A DNA stretch of 64,000 nt from Eimeria praecox. Taxonomy: Eukaryota. The notes under the pieces were generated by a model. That model saw nothing but the letters and a program-made list of their open reading frames with translations. It had not been told where the DNA came from and searched no databases. Shown one piece after another: positions 11,712-23,406 of this stretch. The DNA lies in the NCBI GenBank assembly GCA_963920595.1, contig OY986947.1, positions 1,364,001-1,428,000 of the forward strand, read 5' to 3'. Numbering within the stretch: the stretch's first letter is position 1; every line of letters starts with the position of its first letter. A program made the translations under genes and the position numbers.

Positions 11712-14700
11712 TTTTGTAGTACGCGCTGAGCTATATATATCAGTGTCATCTCTGCCGGTGGGACAGCCCCACAATGACAGTTTCTTGTGCATTTTGAATC
11801 AAGAATAGGTTCTCCTCTTCCAATTCTTTGAAGAGGCGAAGAGGCTCCTGCGGGTCTTTAAAGTAGAGATCAATGGCCGATAGTGCCATGTTTTCAGCTG
11901 TTCGCAACGCGAAACATCACGAACGAGACACCACTTGCGAGGTACTGGGGTAGTTCCGTTTGTGGCCACACATGCCGGGGTAAGTCGATAGATTATTCGT
12001 TCAGCACAGCGAATCACCTACCATCAAACATGTTCTCAAACTCTGCTGCAGTTTTGAGTTTCCTGCTCAACTGCCGCTTTTTTTTCTCTGCCTTTTCCTC
12101 CAATTCCTTTCGCGGTCCAGCACCTGAAGGCGAGAAACGCCTAGGCAAGCTCATGCGTTCTGCTTCTAGATTATAACGGGTGGTTTCTAAGTTTCAAAGA
12201 CATCTGGATGCCGCACTTGCTTTAACTCCACGCGATTTCTTCTTCTCCAGCTCCTGAAGCTTCTCGCGAAGATCCTCCTCAATTGCCTCTAGGTCTGCAG
12301 CATACTGTAGTTGCTGCTGCTGTAGCTGACTCTGCACCCACTGCTGCTTTTGCTGTTGCACACGTTCCTTCGAGAGCTCTTCTTGGTCTTTAAGCCAGTC
12401 CTGCATAGACTCAAGAGCAGAGATTCGTAGGACAGATAATCTACGCCTTCCAGCTGAATTTGGCAAGTGATCTACGAAATTCACTTTTTATGGCTAGGGA
12501 GAGAGAGGGCGCTAAATAGCTGTAGATCAGCAATTAAAAGGCCCAAACGTACCTGGGGAGTGATATGTGTTAGGAAAGCTCTGTATCTCGAATATTCCTG
12601 AACCTTTTCTCGATTGGATGCCGCTCGAGCCTTCGTAGCGTCAAGCTTCTGACGGAGATGCCGGACAGCTGTTGTTTTCTCTTGAGAAATCCTCGCAGCC
12701 TCATCTGCTTTCTGCACGTTTACGAAGTAGATGCAAACACGTTACATACTACTAATAATAAAAGGATTCGTTTTGGCACCTCGAGGTATGTTTGGATACA
12801 CTAATTCGCTTAAGCCGCTGAAAGCTACAGGGGAGTTAAGGCAAGCGGCACACGAACGTATTCGGCGGCAAGTGCCTCGTCTTAAGAAACGCGCCTGTAG
12901 TGCTTCTTTCAGCTCATGGCTTACATATACGCTGTACATACTACACGCTTGGCAGGGAAATGCGCTGACTCACGCGAATGGCTTCGTGCGCAGCCGCATC
13001 ACTGCTCCGTAGGAACTCGTCGAATTTTTGTGCATCCCTGGTAAGCATTGTTTCTGCCTTCCTTACAGCCTCTGATTTTTCCGCTGCTCGGTCGTGAAGC
13101 TTTAGTATTTCTGATGCAGTGCACGCTTAGCACATGCTGCCTTTGATAAGTGGGATACTGGAAGCCAAAGTGAGCATGGTTTCGCCCGTTCTTGCGAACC
13201 CCTGCAGGCTCAGAACACTTAATACACGATTGTTCAAGACTAACCTGCCTTCCTAGTATCTATAGCCATCTGCAGCAGAAATGCTTCCCTTGTCTTCTCT
13301 ACAAGGGCTCGCGTGCCGCCACGTTTCTCTGTTAAGTTCAGAGGCTTGAGGATCTGGTTCGGGTTGGCGCTCCGCTGTTTCGGTTCGTCGCGGCAATCAG
13401 CCACAAAAGAGGCATTTTCCTGATAAGCAGAGGGATTCCCAGCAGTATTTGCAGGTGAGTATGAAGGAAGGCCCTTGGATGCTGCTACCGTCGCACCCTG
13501 CCCATCCTGCGCTTCAGCAGCTGGAGCCACTGCATCTCCCCTGGACACTCTTTCTTCATCTTGGAGCGGATTTGCTATGCCACTTGCGGTAGCTCCTTGC
13601 GGCTTTCCCGAGCCAGAGCTGATTTCACTGGACTTGGCCTTCACAAGCATAGCACCCGTTTGTGTAACATTCCGGAGTAATTCGTCCTACACCAGCAAGC
13701 GGATCCCCGATTAGGCTGTATTTGTGGGAGTGTTGATTCGGTGAAATAAGGAACATTACGTGCCTGCATCGCTTCCTCTAATACGAATTTACTTTCTATT
13801 TTTCGCTGCGATTCTGAAGGGAATGAGGCCATCTGCCCCTGTCTTTTATCCTCCCAACGGCCCTGGTGTGATTTTTAAGTGAGGTATCGTCTTCTCAGGA
13901 GGTGAACCCAAAGCTGTTGCAGCCCCAACTCGCAGACTTGCGGTATGGCGATGGACAAGGCGAAATGGGTTCTGGTCACCAGGCGCGCGCGTGGCACCTG
14001 CTCCGATGAAAAGTTCTGGACGCGTCACCCGAGCCAACGGAATGGGAGTCAGCCTTGCTATGACAAAAAGCGCAGCACATTCTACAATTCCAAAGAAAAT
14101 TCATTTTAAAGCACTCGGTCCAGTAAGCAACACCTACGGAGAAAATTGCGAAGAAGCGCTGGCAGGTGGTTTCATTTCGAGCCCATACCTCACAATTTAT
14201 GCGGCAGCGCGCTGTACAGCTTACACGTAGCCATATTATAATTGGGAATAGCGTCCAGCCGCTGAGAAGTACAAGGGGAACTGCAATTGGTCCCAAGTAG
14301 GCGTCTGCCTGCTGCTACATTAGATAAGATATTGATCTGAAAGATTCCATAAACCGTGTTTCCAGCGTCGTTCTGCTCCAGCAATAATTGCTTGCGGCCG
14401 TAGTGATCGCAAGCTGACCACTCCGAGAGCTAATGGGAGAGTTAGCCTGCGGAGCATCGCCCGAATATACGCTCAACGGTGCACTTGTTCAATGAACACC
14501 GCACATGAAACAATTTCCAGGATGTGCTTCAGACACTGAGGCAAAGAAACTGCTCGGGCCCTCCTGCATACCGGGGCTGCCCGGGCATGCGTTGACTCAG
14601 CCGGGCTGTCTAGAGATAAGGTACAAAACAACCTTTGTTCTCGTTTGATTGGATACCACCATGTTCCAGTCATGCATACTTAGTTCAAGAGGTCCCAATA

Positions 14701-15762
14701 TTAAAACCAGGCAAGTGATGCAGCGCCCCACTAAGAGACGCAGAGACCGGCTTTGGCGATCTTGTGCTTTAGAGGTTCACACTCAGAATTCGCCCGATGT
14801 CTGGGATGTTCTGCATAGTTAAAACCACTGGTTTATTTGTTGTGAATTGAATCTTACTGAAACACCTCTAATGCTGGCTACTGTCACAACCCATGCCAGC
14901 ACCAAACATGTCTACGGGGTCACTCCTGGCGTGGCTAGGGGCGTTTTGGCCGCAAGTTACTGCGCCAACATAGGAACTCACACTCAAGCCTGCGCACACA
15001 GTAATTCACCGAAATTGGTGTTTTTCAATGAAGGCCTACAGCTAGAGTGTCGGACTGTTTCGCAGCGTCCCCATGCTAGGCCGTTCGACAACCAGTGTTC
15101 TCGAGACAGGGCTCTTGCTGCCCTCTCCTCCGCAGTGTTTCTCTAACTAAGAGTATTACGAGTAATTCCTGTAATGCTGTGGCCAGACAATGCCCGACAG
15201 TGGAGCGGTAGGGGCTGTTGCATTGCAGTATGAGCGTGATACCTGACACCTCTTGCAAACAGTGGTTCAGGCAGGCGTGGAGGTGCTGCTGCTTTGCTCC
15301 TTCTCTACGTAAACAGGGAGAGTCCACGACGGCGTGCAGGTTTCCGATAAAATATCGGTTTGAGCTCATTGCATCCGCTGCACCCCTTAGTGGCGCTTCT
15401 GGAATGCATCTGTATTGGACCTTGTGCCCGAGGTTGCAAAACCCTCTTATCACAGACAGCTATCAGCACTACACACATGAATGAGAACTTGTGTGAGACT
15501 GACGGCATCTATCTTGGCAACTGTTTCTTCGAGCGCCCGTGGGAGAGCCCAAACCGGTGTGGGGAGTTGGCGTTTCCATAGGTTTTGCTGGCTGGCTCTT
15601 AGGCTTATGCAGCTAAGAGCATAGATTATGTCATTTAGTCGGAGGCCATCCAAATCATGGGATCCACCTAGAAACTGCTCATGCCCGTATACTGTGGCTG
15701 ATCTGCAGGCATGCTAGGGGGCAGCAAGTTGAAACATATACAGTGAATACTTGGATTCGACG

Positions 15763-16165
15763 ATGAATGCCAAAATAGATCAGGCAGATGGGGGCAAAGC
15801 GGCATTCAGGAAATATTTAGAAGACCATGGAGTCATTCGCCAACTAACGCGTGTTCTTGTCGGGCTCTATGAGACTCCTGAACGGCCACTGAATGCCCTT
15901 GACTATATCAAAAGGCACCTGGGAGCGCCGACAGGTGACTGACGTGTAACGGCTGCGTTTCGGAAGTATACCTACTAAGTCAAATTCAGGTATCATAATG
16001 CATGCGTATCTTTTTGTATGACGTGATCTGTGCCCCCTAGGCGTCGAGGTGGATGCTCTCCGATCGGAGGTGCAAAATTTGACAAGGGAGAATGCTGCAT
16101 TAAAGAGCAAGGTAGAATCGCTGCAGCAAGAAGTGGAGCTCCTTCAACGGGAGCTCGCCGATTAG
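15763..16165 (+). CDS. MYCBP: c-Myc-binding protein (MYCBP/AMY-1/FAP174-like), 2 exons: 15763-15934, 16041-16165
   Basis: KAAFRKYLEDHGVIRQLTRVLVGLYETPERPLNALDYIKRHLGAP is the MYCBP dimerisation/docking motif. The GT-AG intron joins in phase to a coiled coil (EVDALRSEVQNLTRENAALKSKVESLQQE), stop at 16163-16165. Confidence 0.9.
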
Positions 16166-19132
16166 TGCAGTTGTACCGCTCGCTCTGTTCTGATCTCCAA
16201 GAAGACAGCCGCGGTTCATTTGGAAGACGTCGCAGCAGCATACTTTGGCATCGAACCGGGGCTTGAAAAAAGGACGAAGCATGTTCAGACCGTGTCCAAG
16301 GGAACAAAATACATTAAAGCCTGCCGTTACGAGCAAGTATGCACCAGAGACAGGCTTTTCATTCAGCCTAGTGCTACCCAGAGTGATTTTTCACAATTCT
16401 GAAGCACTAGACCAGCTGGAGCAGTGCGCATGGAGAAAGACCTCACCCACAAAAAAATGCTTTGTAAAGCCATTAATACTACAAGAGGCAGTTTGGAATA
16501 TAAGAGCTATGCCGCATAGGGCCACATGTTAATGGAGAAGCCGGACTTCTCCTAAGCACTGCCGAGAAAACCTAGTTGGCATCCTCGGGGATCACGCATC
16601 TCAATAATAACATCCCGTTTGTTAATGAGGCAAATGCCTTGCCCTTCAGAAAATGTGCTTTGAATGCGGGCACATGAACTTCCGGCACGTAATGCATACA
16701 CTGCTTTTGACACCTATCCAGCTCGTTTGGCGGGTGAGGATCCTCTGTGAGGTGACAACTTGGACTTCGCAAAATATCCAAACTACGGCATGCGCTTGAA
16801 GGTTCCGTCATTTGCCCAGCAACCTGAGCGCTGTAAATGTCCTTCAACGCCTCCTCTTAACTAATTAAGCATTTAACTATCTAGACAGCTGACGGCTAGG
16901 GAGCAACGTTCCTTTTGACACAAGCGTCTAACCAATTCAGCGGGCGACAGCTTGGCAAGCTCTCTTCGACACAAATGATATATTGCCCTACCTTTTTTTG
17001 GCTAATATTTGACCTTTTAAACCAGTCTGGGATCAAAAAATTCAGCATGGGATCGTCCTATTATAACTATGTATATGTATTCAGTGTCCAGGACTACCTG
17101 GCGCTTAATACCATTTCTGCCTTCCAGTTGCCACTTTTTATTTCAAATATTCCACTTCCCAATTAATCCCATTTGTTCCAAATGTTCAGGGGTGTATGCA
17201 ACTCATCAACATACGCATAGTTCACGACACACTTTCACAAGCACTCCTGCTACCGCTCATTAAGCCTCATTTCAGGCGAAAGTGATTTCACGCATCCGCC
17301 CAAATATAGACAACGTAACCTCGGAGTTGCCCTGAATTGTTAACCATTTACAAATTAGTGGAGGGGCAGGCCGATGCCGTCGGGCACTAGGCACAGCAAG
17401 CTGACTTCCTTGGCATCCGGGCATACTTTGTTGGAGGTTCGCTATACAACCAGTTGCCAAGGCGTGCTTAGGAGTCTTTCGGGCACTTGGGTACTGAACT
17501 GTAGAGCGAATTGAAGGCTGGCTCGATTCATGTTAGCCTGCTCATTGATTGGCATACTGGACTTTCTGCCCACGGGCTCTCTCAGTGGTGTTGCTTCTTG
17601 CCCACCCAGACCACGGTGACATTCAGCATGGGGCCTTCCAAAAGAGCGATTTCATTTGGGGCTGAGCATCTTACAGGCGAAGTGATTCCATTACGCGGGC
17701 GATACACCAGAACCGATATCATTTCGCTGCCTCGAAGCTTCAGCCATTCCCTGATTCCGTGTTGCGGACTGTTCAGAAGTAGGCAGAACAAAGAGGATAT
17801 CTGGACGAGTTCGATGTGCTCTTGCAGGCCACTCCATGCTTTCTGCTAGGATAGCTAGAAGAGAATATTTCCCGGTGCAAAGGGAACCGGGAGCGACGCG
17901 TGTTTGAAGGATGTTTTCCTTCTGCTACTGCTGCTTGGTGCAAGTATCTGGTCAATGCAAGAATACCACCACTTGTGGGGTAGTACAAGCTTTCCGCTTA
18001 AGCCCATGAGCAGCAGCTAGTTTCTGAGCGACTAGCGACACAAACATTAATTCAAACGCCCCCAATGGTTTGGGCAGTCAGATAACGCAGAATGCTTATA
18101 ATTAAGAAGGACTGCGTATTACGCAATTACTTAGCTGTGCGCAAACGGAAAATGTTGATGTGGGAAAAAATCCGCCGGAGCTGCATTCCTCCGGTGTTTT
18201 TTTCTTCGAAGAACGTCGGAACCTGCAGAGGAATGGCCACCATTCTCCTTATTTTGCGAATTGGGCTCCAAAAGAAACATTTCGTAGAGTAGAAGACAAT
18301 TTTCTACGCTTAGGCTACACTACGGCGAGCCATGCGATATGCTGCGGTGGCTGGCATCTGCAAGCAACGTGCTTCGACAACGCGAACTTAGGGGAAGAAA
18401 CTGCGAGTAGCGTCTCATAACACATTTACATATGAAGAAAATGCTTTCAAATTAGCGTTGGAGAGAGCGTCTTATGGTCGCAAACGTCTAGTGTTTGCTG
18501 GAAGCATGGACAGCTCAGCGGGGTCACCTGGAGCCCCATGGCTGCACGTACCTGCACTAAGGTAAGGCTACCGATCGCCACTACATATAGAGCTGCTACT
18601 AAACTTGCCGGAACGCATGGTGGAATTTCAGGGCTCTCAAAGACTGCAGAGCTCCCGGTAGACGCGTAACGGGCAACAGAATATCGATATCTCATGGCAC
18701 TCGACAGGCCTCCTGAAATGGGCAGGGTCGCATCATGCACAGCTCTTACATGGATAATACAACGTAAGGAAGGTGAAGGGGCTCACGCTCGGTGGGGGAA
18801 TCAGCAGGCAAGAAGGGGCAGCCTAAGAACGGTGATGCTCAGCCTGCAACAGCCTCTTCTTCGAGACGACTAAATTAGGAATGACGAGGGAGGCTAGAAG
18901 TTGGGGAGTTGCTAGTGCTTCTAGGCTCCATGCAACAAGGTATCTCGCTATTCGCAAATACGGAAGAGATACCTGACCGTAGTCTCGAGGAACTCCTGGC
19001 AGTTTCAGCAGTACTTTTGTGGTGGTATGAGCCATTGGCTGTGTTCAGACCCCTGCCACTACCCTCAATACCCCGATCACTTAAACTAGCACGGACAGAG
19101 GAATGGGAAGCCAGCCTGGGTCAAGTTCACGG

Positions 19133-20548
19133 ATGAGGCTCCGGTGGGCTGTCACCCTACTGCTTGAATTGCTCCTTGCCCATACTGTTGCTTCTTCCAC
19201 GGGGGAGAATGGCGCTGGCAGAGTGCGCTCAACAGTGCCTATATCCATCTTGAACATAACGGAGGAGAACGAGGTTGCTTCCGGGCACTGCGGAATTATT
19301 TTCCCTGGGACATCCGCAGCTCAACAGCTTGGGCAAAATAAACAGCGGCAAGCTTGCTTTGCGCTGCAGAGTTATGGATTTCTCACCAGGTACATGAAGC
19401 ATGAACAAAATGAAGCGTCTTCATGGGGCTATGATGTTTGTCTACTGCTGGCGTTTTGTGGCAGTGAGTGCCACCGCCTCTACGGACATCCCCAGAAAAC
19501 TGCTGCTGCTACAAACGCATTGACTGAAGTAGAGGCCTCCATTACCGGAACCACTGCGAGCAACCGGCACGACGGAAAAGGGACATCTCCTTTCCCTGCG
19601 GAAAAGCCAAGCAATAGCGGAACCTCGGGCGGTAGTGCTACTCAAAGTGAATCTCAGGCAGATGGCCTGCAGCATTCTGTGACAAATCACCCACAGCGGG
19701 GGGCCCTCGCACCCGACAGCCCAACCACTACGCTGGACCTAGCAGGCGACTCACGGTTTAACTCATGCTGCACGAAGAAACACTGTAGCAAATGCGCTAA
19801 GCACTTTATGTCGCATGCATGGCGCGTGAGTTGCAAAGGCGTTTACTCCCTGGAATTCGAAGCACAAAATCAGGGCTTTGGAAGGTTCCTTGCTCGCCTG
19901 GCCCTTTTGATCGGAGCCGCAGATATAGAGGAAGTTGTGGACATTGAACGCGAGCTTCAAGAATATATTCGTGCAAAAGCAATGCGGGCTCTGCAAGGAA
20001 ATGCTTCTGCTCCTTCTCAAGACGCTTCCGCTCCTCAAGAAAGTTCTGGTCCTTATCAACCACTAGAGGAATTGGCAAGGCCTTCCAATGAAGTTTCCAA
20101 GAACTCCGCGTTCTCGGAGTCCCAAGAAAGAGCAACATCTTCAACATATGCCTCATATGCAGCCATAGGAACTTCAGGTTTGCTAGACAATGAATTAAAG
20201 ATTGTCTTGGAGCCATTGCCCTCAAACGGTGCCGTTGTTGGCTCACCTGACAACGCGCAACTTGATAAGCCAGCGCCAACTATACAAATATCTATCCCTT
20301 CAAACTTCAGGGCTCGCTTTGCTCCCGTCACTGCACCTAGTTTTTCTATGGCGCATACAAGGCGGCTTAGGGGAACCAGCGCTAGGGAATCTGCTAATTT
20401 AGAAACCTGGGTTGGGCACAAGCCCTTCCCCGCAGGCAGTACCCTCAGCTCGGCCCGCCACTGCAAGGCAGCGGCGGCACTAATGTCTCAGAGACGAGAA
20501 TTGCAGTGGCTGAAAGAATTCACATTCTTCTTACCCCACCGTGGATGA
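19133..20548 (+). CDS. Hypothetical secreted protein (~470 aa) with small Cys clusters
   Basis: 481-codon ORF. The second ATG (~19133) begins a signal-peptide-like MRLRWAVTLLLELLLAHTVASS. Cys motifs include CLLLAFCGSEC and CCTKKHCSKC. Confidence 0.65.
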   Translation: MRLRWAVTLLLELLLAHTVASSTGENGAGRVRSTVPISILNITEENEVASGHCGIIFPGTSAAQQLGQNKQRQACFALQSYGFLTRYMKHEQNEASSWGYDVCLLLAFCGSECHRLYGHPQKTAAATNALTEVEASITGTTASNRHDGKGTSPFPAEKPSNSGTSGGSATQSESQADGLQHSVTNHPQRGALAPDSPTTTLDLAGDSRFNSCCTKKHCSKCAKHFMSHAWRVSCKGVYSLEFEAQNQGFGRFLARLALLIGAADIEEVVDIERELQEYIRAKAMRALQGNASAPSQDASAPQESSGPYQPLEELARPSNEVSKNSAFSESQERATSSTYASYAAIGTSGLLDNELKIVLEPLPSNGAVVGSPDNAQLDKPAPTIQISIPSNFRARFAPVTAPSFSMAHTRRLRGTSARESANLETWVGHKPFPAGSTLSSARHCKAAAALMSQRRELQWLKEFTFFLPHRG

Positions 20549-20899
20549 GCAGATGATGGAAGCGATTGGTGAGCACTTGGCCAAAAAAGCAGAAGGACAG
20601 GGCCACGCACGGGCTTCGCTTGCCACTCCCCTCCATCTCATCAGAATCGCCATATATCCTGAAACCTTCCTAATGACTTGTGAATAGCTGCTTGTATCTC
20701 CATTGCGGGATATTTCAAGGAGCTACAAGTAGGCAATATGCAAACCCACTTCAATCCGCCTCGACCGAAAAGCATTTTGTCTTCACCAAGAGCCTCAGAA
20801 ATACCTTCAGGATCACATGCACCAAGCCGAAGGAAACTGGGAGGCGTCTTCTTGCTAATGTCACCAGGGCTAGTAAATGTGTTTGATATGAGCCTAAAG

Positions 20900-22871
20900 C
20901 ATGTGGCTAACAAAAAACTTCGCAACTTGTTTGTTCATGAAGGAGTACGAATCTTTCCGTGACCCAATGCTCGTGAAATGACCATCTAAATGGTCTGAAG
21001 AGGGTGCACGCAGTTTCAAACTAACCTTTGACATAGAGTCGCCTCACTTGTACTTAATTCGCCAGTGCCCTCTCACCAGCATCTGGTTCAACGGCATGGG
21101 TCTTTGCTCCCTTGTGAGACAAAGATTTAGAGTCCTTGGAAGCGGAGTCATCAAATGAAATATCGGACGAAGACGCCTTCAAATTTGTTTAGGGGATCAA
21201 TATCTCGATGCCCATGAATAGAAAGCCAGTGCACTCGTCCTCGTGCATTTGGAGTTTCCTGAGTAATTGAACTAGAATGCTTTTTCTGATACTAATGGAG
21301 CTGTTCGGATGCCATTAGGGTTCCGAATAGTATGGTACACCTCTCCTGGAAGCCCATCAAGTTCACCATTAGTGAAAGCGAAGAATAACTGGGAAGGCTT
21401 TTGACTGCGTTCGTCGGCGCTGACTGTTTACTTAACTTCAACTTTGTTTCCTAAAGGTTGCTAATGACATACTCCTGGTGATCGAAACAGTGGGCTCTAA
21501 GTGGGCCCCCCCTAGGCAGCAGTATAATTATATTCGCGGTATGTGGGTCCAAGGTCCGTTACTTGGATTAGAAGTATCTGTGTGAGAGTGGGGCTCTCAG
21601 CTGTGTATCTTTCATTCATCGGTCAACACGAGACCTTCGGCCTGTGTTACTTTTCGTGGTCTTGCTACATTTTGCCTCAACTATCCGGCAGCTAGAGCCA
21701 TGAAACTCGTACATATATATATGGTGAGCAAGTATTCATAAGCACTGAGGAAGATGCCGGCGTTAGTAGCAGCAGGAGATTAAGCATTCCTGTGAACATT
21801 ATTGAGGACTACAAGGCCTTCAGGGCAGGCATTGCACATTCTGACGGGCGATTTGATCTACCACTCCCGCAAGAGCGCTAGAAGGCGTTACCCAGCCTGT
21901 TTCGTACACACAAAGAGGAATAGAAAAATTAGTTGCCCCCTAGTAGCCAGGCAGCGTGTTCAGGCATAGACGTTCTGAAAGTAACATCCAGTAGAGCTTT
22001 GCCGAGTGTACCTTTCATACAGGCGAATGCATCCAGGAAGACAGAAAATACAGAGCAGGTACTACTCTTAGGCTTGACCCCACATAAGCGCAGCTGAAGC
22101 GGTGTGGCGCCAACTGCACTGCTAAGAGCAAGCCAACACTGTGATGTAGGTATAGATTCGCAGAAGTCTATATCAACGGGGTCACAGTACCCTCTGTTGA
22201 ACCCTGAACATATCCAAAAACCCAGAAAAGAAAGGATCATGATGCATAATCTGCGGCGTGCAGTTGAAGCTCCTCGCAGCAACGCCCTTTCGAGCAATGG
22301 TCGTGGTGCGCCGGTCCGACCAGTGTCCTGCACCCAGGTGTTACAATGTATTCTCCTCCTAATGCCTTTACAGTTCTATGGTTGTAAAGTGATGATGGAA
22401 CATACAGCAGAAGCAAAGCGGTTTGCAGGTTTCAGCGTTCTTCGTCTGCTGCCCTGTCGGGGCAGCCCTTGCTTTGTTCCGATTCCCTAGTAGAAATGTC
22501 GTAACGCCTGCCTGCAATTTAAAGTCATTGCATATATTCTTACAGCTACAACTTGAAGAATTAAAGGAACGCCTTGGAAATTATGAGGCTTGAAACTGGT
22601 GCTTACCTGCAGCCGTTCGCTGGTAGCTTCCGGGAGTGCCGGTCATGCAATTCTGCGATGCAATTCAAACGACAGATTTGTGCACATTCGCAAGCACTAG
22701 CTTGTTTCCCCTAGGGATGTTCTTATTGCAAATCGTTGAAAGTAACGGAAATACTAGAAAGCCGCTCCTCCGTATTCGACGGTGACGCATCGTCTTGCTC
22801 CACGCTGGTAACTCCGTGAGGCTCTCCTGCGGAAGCGTGGAATTGCGCATCTGGTTTAGGCTGGGCTTCAT
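20900..22871 (-). CDS. Possible multi-exon Cys-containing hypothetical gene; unresolved
   Basis: Good branch point plus acceptor TACTAAC...TTCCTCAG (~21745-21770) ahead of MNTCSPYIYMYEFHGSSCRIVEAKCSK. Other protein-like segments: GYCDPVDIDFCESIPTSQCWL (~22130-22190) and ETPNARGRVHWLSIHGHRDIDPLNKFE (~21178-21258). Confidence 0.25.
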
Positions 22872-23406
22872 TGCTCCACCATTTCATTCGCGGGAACTCA
22901 AGTTAAGGAGTGTGTTTATGGAGCAGGCTTGGGCATCAGCTACAGGGTGGCGACAATCGAGTCTTTGCTTGCAGTTGGTGACTCGAGGTGTAGGCTAGCA
23001 GCTGCTGTTTAACGTTACTGGAGTCGATTTGGCAGCACCTCCCGCAGACCTCTTGTTCTTCGGCGCATTATTTAGGGTGCTTCGCCTCTGTGTACCCCTC
23101 TAAACACACGTCCTCCGCTGGGGAGCGGTGGCCGAGGAGGAGAGGGAGAGTCTGGCTGTACAGTTCGACCAGGGCATCTAAACACACATTTCTGGGCATA
23201 TATTGTTCCCGACTGCATAGCTGGCCTTCCGGGTCTATCAGGCTCGCCAAGTGCCGTTGTGCTATCGGGGTGAGTGTGAGGGGTTCGCGACGTCGCAGGC
23301 AGCTTCAGGAAGTACTACTTACCCAGATCATTCAGCTGTTTACTGAGCCACTGCTACAGCTGCCTTGAAAGTAAATGCGGGCGGCTCATGCTACGGCTTC
23401 ATAGGT

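Noticed and set aside
14847..15581. Possible small Cys-rich plus-strand gene ending NLCETDGIYLGNCFFERPWESPNRCGELAFP
   Set aside because: No consistent exon chain or family could be established by eye.
16572..19035. Scattered short minus-strand ORFs (e.g. MAHTTTKVLLKLPGVPRDYGQ; DIDILLPVTRLP)
   Set aside because: Could be a spliced gene, but phases could not be reconciled and no convincing motif was found.
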